Of a DNA stretch of 64,000 nucleotides, positions 43,521 through 57,015 are shown piece by piece. Numbering within the stretch: position 1 is the first letter of the stretch; each line of letters starts with the position of its first letter. The notes beneath the pieces are model-generated. The model was not told the origin of the DNA. It saw nothing but the letters and a program-made list of their open reading frames with translations, and made no database searches. Source of the stretch: the human T2T-CHM13v2.0 reference genome, Homo sapiens; assembly GCF_009914755.1 (NCBI RefSeq), contig NC_060935.1; one strand, written 5' to 3'. A program made the position numbers and the translations under genes.

Positions 43521-44851
43521 GAAGTCTAGATATAAGCATGGAAAATATAGGCAGTTAGATTGAATTGCCTTACATATTAATCTCTTATGTGCACTAATCT
43601 TTCCTTTTTAACAAAATTATATGATCCTAGAAAGTAGGGGTTGCACAAAATAGACTATGTTAGCACAGTGCTGACATATAGTAATTGTTCAATAAATATT
43701 TGCAGAAATAATTAATGACTAAATTGTTCAAAGACCAAATGGTCACATCTCATAGGTATACTTTCAAATGTCAAGCATCCTACATTAAGAAAGATATGTA
43801 TGCTTTAGTTGATTGCTTTAGCTCAAGGGGGAAAAAGTATATGTTGAGCATTTTTAATGTGCCAACTACTATATTGGCTGGTGAAGAATTAATGAAGAGT
43901 ATGTCAGTCTCTTCCCTAAACGAACATTAAAAATGACCAATGACAGACACAATTACATTTCTTTACTCAAAGAACTATCATTGACCAAATTGTTTTCATC
44001 CTTAAAGATCAAATAGTCAAACCACAAGTTGACTGCTTATGGGGCTGTATGATAGAATGTGATTAGATGCTGTCCTACTTGTTTATGGACTACTTCATTA
44101 CACTTGAAATGGAATATCCTCCAAGCTTCCATCATTAAAATATAACCAAATTATAGGCACTGCCTCTAGCTATCAAGCACATCTGTCTATGCAGTTTTTC
44201 CAAGTTAATTTTTGCTGCCATGCAAACCAAGGTCATTAAACACTGACCTCTGAATACTGTCTACACTGTCTTGGAAGTATACAGATTCCAGCACACAAAG
44301 CCACAAAAGTTACATAGATTATTTAAAAGATGTAAAAATCATCTCACATGTTGAAGTTTGATGAGGATGTCCCACTGGCAGGGTTGTTGCTGGAGAAAGC
44401 AAGCTGAAATATCTGAAGGGTAACTCGGTGGATCTTGAAAAATTTCCATTCACAAACGCCTGTATTCAGTAACATCTCCTCTGAAAAGTTCTTCCTCCTA
44501 GTCGCCACTCCTTTAACTTAAAAGTACTCTCTCTCTCCACTGACCACATCTAACGGTTTATCTGTCTTTATCTCATTTTTAGTGATACATCATTTTCTAC
44601 ATAGAATTAGAATATAGTTATTTATAGGAAGGGTTGATATTTAGAACATTTAACAGCTGGTATGAAATGAACACCAACTAATCACAATACGTAGCTGCCA
44701 TAAATAACTGCTGTGATATGCACAAATATGTTGTAGGAATATCTCATTCCCCCACGTTGGATAGTTACCACTTTGAAGGTGGAGGGGAAAATAACCCTTT
44801 TATTTTGTATGCCCAGGGGTTTTATGGACAAAGTAGATACTTGAAAACTAA

Positions 44852-44988
44852 TTTTTTATTTTTATTTTAAAAGACAGGGGTCTATGCTATGTTGTCCAGG
44901 CTGGACTTAAACTTCTGAGGTGAAGGCATTCCCCCAACCTCAGCCTCCCAAGTAGCTGGGACTATAGGTGAGCACCACTGTACCCAGC
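44852..44988 (-). mobile_element. FLAM (Alu monomer)
   Basis: Single monomer; TSD ttgaaaactaattttt / ttcaaaactagttttt. Confidence 0.85.
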
Positions 44989-45146
44989 TTCAAAACTAGT
45001 TTTTAAAATGAATTACTGAACTAAATAAAAATCACTGGATCTTTTTTCCATAAGCATACTTTAACAAACCATGCAAGAAAGGGATCGGGGTAAAATAATG
45101 CAGTGAGCTACTTCATCATTCATTAAAACAACACTCAATTCCAGGC

Positions 45147-45606
45147 TATCTTAGTTTCCTAGGGCTGCAATAACAAAGTACTAAAAAGTAAGCATCGTAA
45201 CTAACAGAAATTTACTATCTCAAAGTTCTGCAGGCTAGAAGACCAAGATCAAGGCATTAGCAGGGTTGAGTCCTCCTGAAAGCTATAAGAGTAAATCTAT
45301 TCCATGCCCCTCTTCTGGATTCTGGTGATTTGCTGGCAGTATTTGGCACTCCTTATCTCATAGATGCATCATCCCGATCTCAGTCTTCATCTTCACATGA
45401 ATTCTCCCTATGTGCATGTCTGTTTCTGTGTCCATTTTTTTTTTTTTTTTGTAAAGACACTTGCCATATTGGAATAGAGTCTACCAGTACGACCTCATCT
45501 TAACTTGACCGTTAGCAAAGACCTTAGTTCCAAATAAGGTCATATACATAGGAATGGGGGTTAAGACATCAACATCTTTTTCAGGGATGCAATTCAACTC
45601 ATAATA
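45147..45606 (-). mobile_element. MLT1B/C solo LTR
   Basis: tatcttagtttcctagggctgcaataacaaagtac...caattcaactcataata. Confidence 0.85.
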
Positions 45607-45971
45607 CTGGAACTGGGAAACAAAAATATGAACAGAATGCAGTTCCTATTGTCAAGGATTTCACAGACCAATGTGGAAAGAATTATAAATAAACAGCATA
45701 TGTTAGTACATTGGAAAAAATGAAGAAAGGCAGGTTGTATCATGCAAAACTTCTGAACTTCCAGGAGATAATGACAGTCAAGTGCAAGTCCACATGTAGA
45801 AATAGAGGCTCATGAGGCTCCAGAAGTGCCATGTTAAAAAGTTTAGACCTTATATTAGTGGCAATGAGGAGAGAGACTTTGAAAAATTTTAACCATGAAA
45901 ATGACTTGATCAGATTTGGTCTCCCTCCATTTTCCTTGTTAATACTTGCTGTTGTTTAAAAAATACATCAA

Positions 45972-47600
45972 GCTATCCTAAGAAAAAAAGAACAAAACTG
46001 GAAGAATCACATTCCCTGACTTCAAATTATGCTACAGAGCTATAGTAACCAAAACAGTATGATACTGGCATAAAAACAGACACATAGACAAAGGTAACAG
46101 AATAGACAGCCCAGAAACAAATCTATACATCTAGAATCAACTCATTTTTGACAAAGGTGCCAAAACATACACTGGTGAAAAGACAGTCTCTTCAATAAAT
46201 GGTGCTGGGGAAACTGGATATCCATAGGCAGAAGAATGAAACTAGACCCCTAACTATTGCCATATACAAAAATCAAATCAAAAGGGATTAAAGACTTAAA
46301 TCTAAGACCTGAAACCATGAAACTACTCTAAGAAAACATTGGGGAAGATTTCTATGACATTGGTTTGGGCAAAAATTTCTTGAACAATACCCCACAGGCA
46401 AATACAATCAAAGCAGTTAATGGACAAATGGGATCACAACAAGTTAAAAGGCTTCTGATAGTAAAGGAAACAATCAACAAAGTGAAGAGACAGTCCAGAG
46501 AATGGGAGAAAATGTTTGTAAACTACCCATTTGACAAGTGATTAGTAACAAGAATATGTAAGGAACTCAAACAACTCTAAGAAAAAAAACAATAATATGA
46601 TAAAAAGATGGGCAAAATATCTGAATGGACATTTCTTAAAGGAAGACAGACAGACAGCAAACAGACATATGAAAGGTGCTCAACATCATTAATCATCAGA
46701 GAACTGCATATCAAAGCTACAATGAAATATCATCTCACCCCAGTTAAAATGGCCTATGTCCAAAAGAAAGGTAATGACAAATACTGGCTGGGATATGGGA
46801 AAAAGGTAACCCTTGTACACTGTTGGTGGAATGTAAATTAGTACAACCACTATGGAGAACAGTTTGGACATTCCTCAGAAAACTAAAAATTGAGCCACTA
46901 TATGATTCAGCGATCCTACTTATGGCTACCGAAAGAAAGCAAATCAGTATACTGAAGCGATATCTGCACTCTCATGCTTATTGCAGCACTATTTACAATA
47001 GCTAAGATTTTGAAGCAACCTAAGTGTCGATCAACAGATGAATGGATACAGAAAATATGGTACACATACACAATGGAGAACTATTCAGCCACAAAAAGAA
47101 TGAGATCTAGTCATTTGCAACAATATGGGTGGAACTGGAGATCATTATGTTAAGTGAAATAAGCAAGAGACAGAAAGACAAACATCTCATGTTCTCACTT
47201 AGTTGTAGGATCTAAAAACCAAATCAATTGAACTCATGGACATACAATAGAAAGTAAAGGATGGTTACTAGAGGCTGAGAAGGGTAGCAGGGAGCTTGGT
47301 GGGGGAAGTAGGGATGGTTAATATGTACAAATAAATAGAAAGAATGAATAAGACCTACTATAGTCCAAGAAGACAAGTAAAGTCAATAATAACTTAATAT
47401 TTAAAAATAACAAAAAGAGTATAATTGGATTGTTTGCAACTCAATGGATAAATGCTTGAGAGGATGGATATCCCACTCTCCATGATATGCTTACTTCGCG
47501 TGACATGCCTGTATCAAAATATCTCATGTACCCCGTAAATATATATAACTACTATGTACTCACAAAAACTAAAAGTAAAAAAAAAAATAAAAAATAAAAA
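45972..47600 (+). mobile_element. 5'-truncated L1MA1/2-like element
   Basis: Degenerate ORF2 3' part, then 3' UTR catgcctgtatcaaaatatctcatgtacccc and an A-rich tail at 47571-47600. Confidence 0.9.
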
Positions 47601-47895
47601 TACTTAAAAGGGTGAAAAACTATTATCAGACTTACTGCCTTATTTCTGACTATACATTTAAAAACCTTTTATGCTCAATTCAGGCATTCTATTACTACAC
47701 ATTTCAAGTGACCATCATGGGCACTTTTAAGCACCTAACACATTTTTCTTTCTACAAACCTCACAAAAAGACCTGTCAAGAAAATCATTCTAGGTCCAAC
47801 AATGCACAGCACCTCATGCCTTATTTCTACTTCTTTCTTTATGATAGAAAATGTAGTCAGCCTTTAACTTGGCCTGATAAAAACTGTAAAGACTA

Positions 47896-48258
<363 letters not shown>

Positions 48259-48330
48259 TTATCAGGAAAGAAGAGGTGACAATTTTAGATACTGAGAATA
48301 TTGAAGTACTTGCCAGAAGTCAGATTTCAG

Positions 48331-48605
48331 GCTTTGGGAGGCCATGGCGGGTGGATCACTTGAGGTCAGGAGTTCGATACCAGCCTGGCCAACATGGTGA
48401 AACCCTATCTCTACTAAAAATACAAAAAAAATTAGCTGGGCATGGTGGTGTGCACCTCTAATCCCAGCTACTCGGGAGGCTGAGGCATGAAGAATCACTT
48501 GAACCCGGGAGGTGGAGGTTTCAGTGAGCTGAGATCCCACCACTGCACTCCAGCCTGGGCGACAGAGTGAGACCCCATCTCAAAAAAAAGAAAAAAAGAA
48601 AGAAA
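48331..48605 (+). mobile_element. AluS lacking its first ~35 nt
   Basis: Begins at ctttgggaggcc; no TSD visible. Confidence 0.92.
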
Positions 48606-51600
48606 GGAATACAATTAAAGTGGAGGAGGAGCACACTCTGGTCTTGGAATTCCATTTGAGAATTTAGAAGTGTCATGTTTATAATTTTTCAATTTTGTTT
48701 GTTGTTGGCTTGCTGTAAAGCAATATAAAATATTTTTGTTATAAAATAAATAAAAAATACATCAAATTAGGAGCAGCCTAATGATGGCTGACTAGAGGAG
48801 TTTTGTACTTGTCTCCTCCACACCAAAGAACCAAAGTAGTGAGTAGATAATCACACTTCGTATAGTTCCCTGAAGAGAAAATACTGGAATGTAATAAATT
48901 CAACAGAAAAGTGACACAAAATACCTAAAGCAAAGAAGAAAAAGGAAGCAAGGCATCCTGCTTGACCAGGATCAGCTGGGAGATGAGAGACTCCTCAATA
49001 TGGGAGAAGTATAAATGAGACATCTTTAGTGGTCCACATTCCCACTGTGGACTCCTGCAATCCTAGACATGGGAGAACCCCTCAACTCTTGTGGGTCCTG
49101 AAACTAACATAAGGATCTATGCAGAAATTCTGTGATGGCACTGCTCCAAGAAGGGAGGTTGCACTGGGTCTTACACACTCTGTGACACCTAAGCAGCTAC
49201 AGCAAGCCACCGTTTTAGAGTCCTGCCCCCAACAGTCTGTGTACTGCCCTGGAACCCAGCAGTGCCAGGGCTAAGGTGCAAGAGAATTGTGGACTGTAAT
49301 CCCTGGGTCTGAGCCATAAGGAAGGTGTGGGCTACTTCAGCCAGGGCTCAGGCATGTAGTTCCTGAACAAGGCATGAACTACAGCTATTGGGGACTGAAG
49401 CATAAGTAAGGTAGTGGCTATCACAACAAGAATTGAGGCATGAGTGCTGCCAGGGATGAGGCATGAGTGATGTAAACATTCCCGCCTTGCCAGCAGTCCA
49501 ACCTTCCACAGTGGCAGGACAGCAGTGTGGCTACTACCAGTCACACCTGAGCATTCTGCTGGTGGCCTGGGAATCATGACACCTCTGCCTACCATAGCTG
49601 ATGCTGGCATCCACCATTAGGAAGCCTGAGGACAAGCCTGCCTGGCCTGGCTTTGTCCCTTCTTCCACCCTCTGGGCCAGGGCCCAGCCCAGTCTATCAC
49701 CATTGGTAGGTGAAAAAATCCTCCCATGTGCTTGAGATTGGGTCTACCTAGCCAGCCACTTACTCCTCAGCTGGCACCTACCTGCATGTACCACCTGTGG
49801 GCCTGGAGACTGGCTAGCCCAGCCCATCACAGCCACTGCCAATGCCAGTGTATACCACTCAGGACCTAGAGGGTTGTCCTACCACTATCATTGCCATTGT
49901 CCATGCCATGCCAAGTTCCCAGGGGCCTAATAACCTGCCCACCTGCCTGGCTCACTGCTGCAACTACTGACACTGAATAAGTCAACTGGAGGCCCAAGAA
50001 TTGGCCCACCTAGACCCCCTAACATTAGTGTAACCATACAGTATACTGGGGCTCAAGAACAGACATGCTCAGCTCACTGCTGCCACCCCTGGGGCCCAAA
50101 GATTGGACTGCTTGGCATCCCACTCCCCAGTAGAACTTCATCGTATCCTCCACTTATAACTGCACTGTACACCACCAAGGAAATCACAGATGCAAATAAT
50201 GCTGTTTAAAGTCAAAAGAAAAATCATACAAAGACTACATTATTGCACACAACAAGAATCAAAGCCAAAGTGCCCTACACAACCAACACCATAGATACAT
50301 CTTCAGGAAAAAAGTAATCCCCTACAAAAGCAAATTAAAAAAATGAGAAGAAGTGACTTATACCAGATCACACAGATATCAATGTAGTGACACTGGAAAC
50401 ATTAAAAAAAAAACTCAATATGATAATGTCAAAGAAACACAATAATTCTCTAGTAACAGATCCCAAGCAAAAAGAAACATGAGTAAATCAATAAAAGAAT
50501 TCATATTATCAATTCTAAAGAATCTCAGTGATATAGAAGAGAATTATGAAAACCAATACAAAGAAATCAGAAAAACAATTCAGGATACGAATGACAAATT
50601 TATCAAAGAGATAGATATCATACAAAAGAACCAAACAGAAATTCTGAAACTGACAAATTCATTGAATATATCAGAAAATACATTTGAAAGCTTCAACACT
50701 AGATTAGATGAAGAAGAATCTCCGAACTTTAAGAAAGGTCTTTTGAAATAAACCAGTCAGACAAATAAAGAAAAAAGAAGAAAAGAGAATGAGCAAAGCC
50801 TTCATGACACATGGGACACCATAAAGGGACCAAATATTCAAATAATCAGGGTCTCAGAAGATGAAGAAAGGATGAAAGGGTTAGAAAAACTATTTAACAT
50901 AATATTGCATGAAAACTTCCCAAGTCTAGCAAGATAATTAGACATCCAGATACAGGAGGCTCTGAGATATCCTTACAGATACAATCCACAAAATATCTTC
51001 TCCATGGCACATTACAGTCAAACTGTCTAAAGTCAAAGACAAAGAATTCAAAAAGCATCAAAAGTGTCTAGTCACCTACAAGGGAATCTCCACTAGACTA
51101 AAATTGGTTTCTCAGTAGAAACCATACCGGGCAGGAGGAAATGCAATGATATATTAAAAGTTTCAAAAGAAAAACTGCCAGCCAATGATACTATGTACAG
51201 AAAAATTATCCTTAATAAATTAAGAAAAAATAAAGTCTTTTACAAAGAAGCAAAAACAAGAAATTCAACACCACTAGACCAGCTCTATAAGAAATGCTCA
51301 AGGGAGTCCTAAACCTGGAAGGAAAAGGACACATCTGCCATTATGAAAACACACAAATGTATAAAACTCACTGGTAAAGCACATATACAAAGGAAAAAGA
51401 GAAAGAAGTCAAATAGTATCATGACAGAAAGCTACCAAACCAAAATGGAAAACAATAAAAGAAAAATAAAGGAACAAAGAACATACAGAACAACCAAAAC
51501 ACAATTAACAATATGACAGGAACAAAACCTCATATATTAATATTAACCTTGAATGTAAACAGATTAAATTCTTTACTTAAAAGATATAGACTGGCTGAAA

Positions 51601-52685
51601 GGTTACAAAAACATGATCCAACTATATGCTGCCTATAAGAAACATACTTTACCTATAAAAACACATGAAGACACAAAATAAAGGGATGAAAAAAGATATT
51701 CCATAATAACAGAAACCAAAAGTGAGTAAGAGTAGCTATCCTTATATTGGATAAAACAGACTTCAAGTAAAAAAAAAAAAAAACAGTAAAAAAGAGAAAT
51801 CAGAAAATTATATAATGATAATAGGGAATCAATGCAGCAAGAGAATGTAACAATGCTAAATATACATGCACCCAGCACTGGATCACCCAGATTCATAATA
51901 CAAATATTACTAGTTCTGAAGAGAAAGATAGATTCTAATACAATAATAGTGGGGTACTTCAATATCCCACTCGGCATTAGACAGATCATTTACACAGAAA
52001 ATTAACAAAGAAACATTAAAGTAGACTTTAGATAAAATGGACCTAACATACATTTGCAGAACATTTTATCACATGACTGCAGAATACATTGTTCTTATCA
52101 GCGCATGAAACATTATCCAGGATAGTAGATATGTCAGGTCACAAAACAAGTCTCAACAACTTAAAAAATCAAAATCTTATTGAGTATATTCTCAGATCAC
52201 ATGGAATAAAATTATAAATCAATAACAAGAGCAACTTTGGAAACTATACAAGTACATGGAAATTAAACATGTTCATGTTCTTAAATAATCATTGGGTCAA
52301 CATAGAAATTAAGATGAAAATCAAAAAAGTTCTTAAAACAATTGAAAATGAAAATACAACATACCAAAATCTGTAAGATACAGCAAAAGCAGTACTAAGA
52401 GGGAATTTTATAGCAATAAACATCATAAACAATCTAAAAATGCAACTCAAGCAATTAGAAAAGCAAGAACAAACCCATCCCCAAATTAACCGAAATAGAG
52501 AAATAATAAAGATAAGAGTAGAACTAAACAAAATAGGTTTAAAGAACAATATAAGGGTCAACAAAATGACATATTGGTTCTTCAAAAAGAGAAAATTGAT
52601 AAACTACCACCTAAAATAGCAAAGAAGAGAGAACACCTAAATAAACAAAATCAGAAAAGAAAGAGGAGACACGACCATTGATACA

Positions 52686-54219
52686 TGCATTAGTCTGTTT
52701 TCATACTGCTATAGATAACTGCCCAAGACTGGGATCTACCATCCTAGGGTCTGGAGGATGGGGGCCCTCTTCTTACAGCTCAACTAGGTAGTACCCCAGT
52801 GGGGACTCTGTGTGGGGGTGCCCACCCGACATTTCCCTTCCCTATTGCCCTATCAGAGGTTCTCCATGAGGGCTCCTCTCCCACAGCAAACTTCTGCCTG
52901 GACATCCAGGCATTTTCATACATCCTCTGAAATCGAGGTGGAGGTTCCTAAACTTCAGTTCTTGACATCTGTGTACCCACAGGCTCAACACCACATGTAA
53001 GCTGCCAAGGCTTGGGGCTTGCATACTCTGAAGCAATGGTCTGAGCTCTACGTTGGCCCCTTTTACTCATGGCTGGAATGCAGGGCACCAAGTCCAGAGA
53101 TTTCATAAAGCAGCAAGGCCCTCGTCCTTGCCCACAAAAACCATTTTTTTCTCCTAGGCCTCCAGGTCTGTCATGGGAGGGGTTGCCATGAAGATGTCCA
53201 ACATGCCCTGGAGACATTTTTCCCATTGTCTTGGTGATTAACGTTGGTTCCTTGTTCATTATGAAAATTTCTGCAGCTGGCTTGAATTTCTTTTCAGAAA
53301 ATTGTTTTATCTTTTCTACTGCATTGTCAGGTTGCAAAGTTTTCAAACTTTTATGCTCTGTTTCCCTTATAAACTTAAGTTCCAATTCTGAACTATCTCT
53401 TTGTGAATGCGTAAAACTCAATGCTTTTAAGAGCACCCAGGTCACAACTTGAACACTTTGCTGCTTAGAAATTTCTTTCACCAGATACCCTAAATCATCT
53501 CTCTTAAGTTTAAACTTCCACAGATTTCTAGGGCAGGGGCAAAATGCCTCCAGTCTCTTTGCTAAAGCATAGCAAGAGTCACCTTTATTCCAGTTCCCAA
53601 TAAGTTCTTCATCTCCATCTGAGACCACCTAAGCTTGGACTTCATTGTCCATATCACTATCAGCATTTTGGTCAAAGCCATTCACCAAGTCCCTAGGAAG
53701 GTCCAAACTTTCTCACATCTTCCTGTCTTCTTCTGAGCCCTCAAAACTTTTCCAACCTCTGCCTGTTACTCAGTTTGAAAGCTGCTTTTACATTTTTGGG
53801 TGTCTTTATAGCAGCACCCCACTCCTGGTACCATTTTCCTGTATTAGTCCATTTTCATACTGCTATAAAGAACTGTCTGGGACTGAGTGATTTATAAAGG
53901 AAAGAAGTTTAATTGACTCACAATTCAGCATGGCTGGGGAGGCCTCAACAAACTTACAATTATGGCAGAAGGTGAACTGGAAGAAAGACACCTTCTTCAC
54001 AAGGTGGCAGGAAGCAGTGCCAAGGGAAGGGGAAGAGGCTTTTATAAAACCATCAGATCTCATGAGGACTTACTATCACAAGAATAGTATGGGGGAAAAC
54101 AGCCCCATGATTCAGTTACCTCCACCTGGTCTCTCCCTTGACAGATGGGGATTATGGGTATTATATGGATTATAATTAAATATGAGATTTGAGTGGGGAC
54201 ATAAAGCCTAACCATATTA
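52686..54219 (-). mobile_element. THE1D-like MaLR provirus inserted in L1 ORF2: 5' LTR 53840-54219, internal region, 3' LTR reduced to about 45 nt
   Basis: LTR ends tgtattagtcc...aagcctaaccatatta; THE1-int ORF remnant 52948-53628 (VSDGDEELIGNW.KGDSCYALAKRL); 5-bp TSD ataca/attcc from L1 atacc. Confidence 0.9.
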
Positions 54220-55435
54220 ATTCCACAGAAATACAAGATTATCAGAGACTATTAGGAACAACTATGTGATAAAAAACTGGAAAAAGTAGAGGAAATGGAT
54301 AAATTCCTGGAAACATACAACCTTCCAAGGTTTAGTCAGGAAGATACGGAAAACCTGAACAGACCAATATTAAGTAGGAAGTCTGAAATAGTAATAAAAA
54401 GTCTCCCAGTAAAATAAAGTGCAGGATCAGATGGATTCACTGCTGAATTCCACCACACATAAAAAGAACTAAAACCAATCCTCCTCAAACAACTCCATAA
54501 AAATTGAAGAGAAAGAAATTCTCCCTAACTCACTCTATGACCAGTATTCCCTGATACCAAAACCTAAGGACACAACAAAATAAGAAAACTATACATGAAT
54601 ATTCCTGACGAACACATCTTCAAAAAATCCTCAACAAAATACTAGCAAACTGAATTCAACAGCACATCAAAAAGATAATATACCATTACAAAATGGGATT
54701 TATACCAAGGGATGCAAGAATGGTTTTACATATGCAAATCAACAAACATAATATATCACATCAACAGAAGGAAGCACAAGAATCATATGATCATCTCATC
54801 AGATGCAGAATAAGTATTTGAAAAACTGAACATCACTTCATAATAAAAATGTTCAACAAGCTAGGCAGAGAAAAAATATACTTCCAAATAATAAAGGCCA
54901 TATATGACTAACACACAGCTAACATCATACTGAATGGAGAAAAGTTGAAAGTTTCTCTCTAATAACTGGAACAAGATAAGAATGCCCACAAAATACTACA
55001 CCAAAAAACTCTTAGATCTAATAAATTCAGTAAAGTTAGAGGATACAAAATCAATATAAAAAATCAGTAGCATTTCTGTACAACAATAATAGTCAAAAAA
55101 CAAATTCAGAAGGCAATTTCATTTACAATGGTTACAGAAACCAAATACCTAGGAACAGATTTAACCAAGAAAGGGAAAGATCTCTACAAGGAAAACTACA
55201 AAACACTGATGAAAGAAATTAAAGAGGACATAAATGGAAAGACATTTCATGCTCATGGGTTGAAAGAATTAACATAATTAAAATGAGCTAACTTCCCAAA
55301 GCAATCTACAGATTCAATGCAATCCCTATAAAAATACCAGAGTCATTTTTTTTTTACAGAAATGAGAAAAAGAATTCTAAAATTTATATAGAATCAAAAA
55401 AAAAAAGAGCCAGAATAGCTGAAGCAATCCTGAGC

Positions 55436-55531
55436 AAAAACAAACGAACAAAAATCCCCCCAACCAAAAAACCCCAAAACCAAAAACAACAAAACAAAAC
55501 AAAACACAAAAACAAACAAACAAAAAACAAA
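55436..55531 (+). repeat. C/A low-complexity (CAAAA)n/(CAAA)n expansion inside L1 ORF2
   Basis: Inserted between gagcaaaaa and caaagctggaggc. Confidence 0.85.
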
Positions 55532-56910
55532 GCTGGAGGCATCATACAGCCTGACTTAGAAATATATTACTAGGCATGCTATTGGTATAAAAATAGACAC
55601 TTAGACCAATGGAACAGAATAGAGAAGTCAGAAATACATCCACATGTTTATAGCCAACTGACATTTGACAAAGCTGCTAAGAACATGTACTGGGGAAAGG
55701 ACATCCTTTTCAATAAGTGATCCTAGGAATATTGGATATCCACATGCAAAAGAATGAAACTGGACCCCTATCTGATCATATACAAAAATCAACTCAAGAC
55801 AGATTAAAGCCTTAAATGGAAGGCCTGAAATTATAAAACTCACAGAAGAAAACAAAGGGAAAACACTTCATGACACTAATCTAGGCAAAGATTTTATGGC
55901 TAAGACCTTAAAACCACGGACAACTAAAACAAAAATAAACAAATTGGACTATATTAAACTTCTGCACAGTAGAAAAGACAGTTAACAGAGGGAAGAAACA
56001 ACAAATTGAATGGGAGAAAATGGTTGCAAACTATTAATCTGACAAGCGACTAATATCCAGAACATACAAAGAACTCAAACAACTCAACAACAACAAAAAT
56101 AATCCCATTAAAAATGGGCAAAGGGCATTAATAGACATTTCTCAAAAGATGACATTCAAATAAAGATGCTCAAGATCATTAATCATTAGAGAAATGCAAA
56201 TCAAAAACCACAATGAGATATCATCTTATCCCAGGTAGAATGGCTATTATTAAAAAGACAAAAAATAACGGACGCTGACAAGGACATGGAGACAAAGGGA
56301 ACTCATACACTGTTAGTCAGAATGTAAAATAGTGCAGCCATTTGCCACTATGGACAATAGTATGGTGATTTCTCAAGAAACTAAAAAAGAACTACTATAC
56401 AATCCAGCAATCTCACTACTGGGTATCTATCCAAGGGAACATAAATCAGTATATCAAATAGATACTGGTACTCACATGTTTATTGCAGCCCTATTCACAA
56501 TAGCAAAGACATGAAATCAATCTAAGTATCCATCAATGAATAAATGGATGAAGAGAATGTGGTATCTATACACAACAGAATATTATTTGGCTGTAGAAAA
56601 AAATAAAATGTCATTTGTAGTAACATCGATAGAGCTAGTGGTCATTATATAAAGTGAAATAAGCAGGTAAAGAATGACAATTATTGCATGTTTTCACTTA
56701 CATGTGGGAGCTAAAAAGTTGGCAGATACTAGAAGCTGGGAAAGGTTGGTGGGGAGAAGAGAGGTAAGTTAATGGGTGCAAATACACTTAGATGAAACGT
56801 ATAAGTTCTATTGTTCAAAAGCAGAGTAGAGTGGCTATAGTTAAAAACAATGTATTGTACATTTCAAAGTAGCTAGAAGAGAGGACTTGAATTGTTCCCA
56901 ACACACAGAA

Positions 56911-57015
56911 TAAGTATTTAAGTATTTACGATAAATACTTAAGTATTTAACACTTTAAGTATTTACAATAAATACTTAAGTATTTAATACTTAAGTATTT
57001 ACGATAAATACTTAA
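56911..57015. repeat. AT-rich palindromic tandem array
   Basis: TAAGTATTTA-CRA-TAAATACTTA at 56919, 56956 and 56992. Confidence 0.93.

Noticed and set aside
52948-53628. 226-aa ORF as a novel gene
   Set aside because: THE1 internal ORF remnant that appears to drift out of frame; no sign of domestication.
56911-57015. CRISPR-like or terminator-like array
   Set aside because: Eukaryotic L1 context, no unique spacers and no cas genes.
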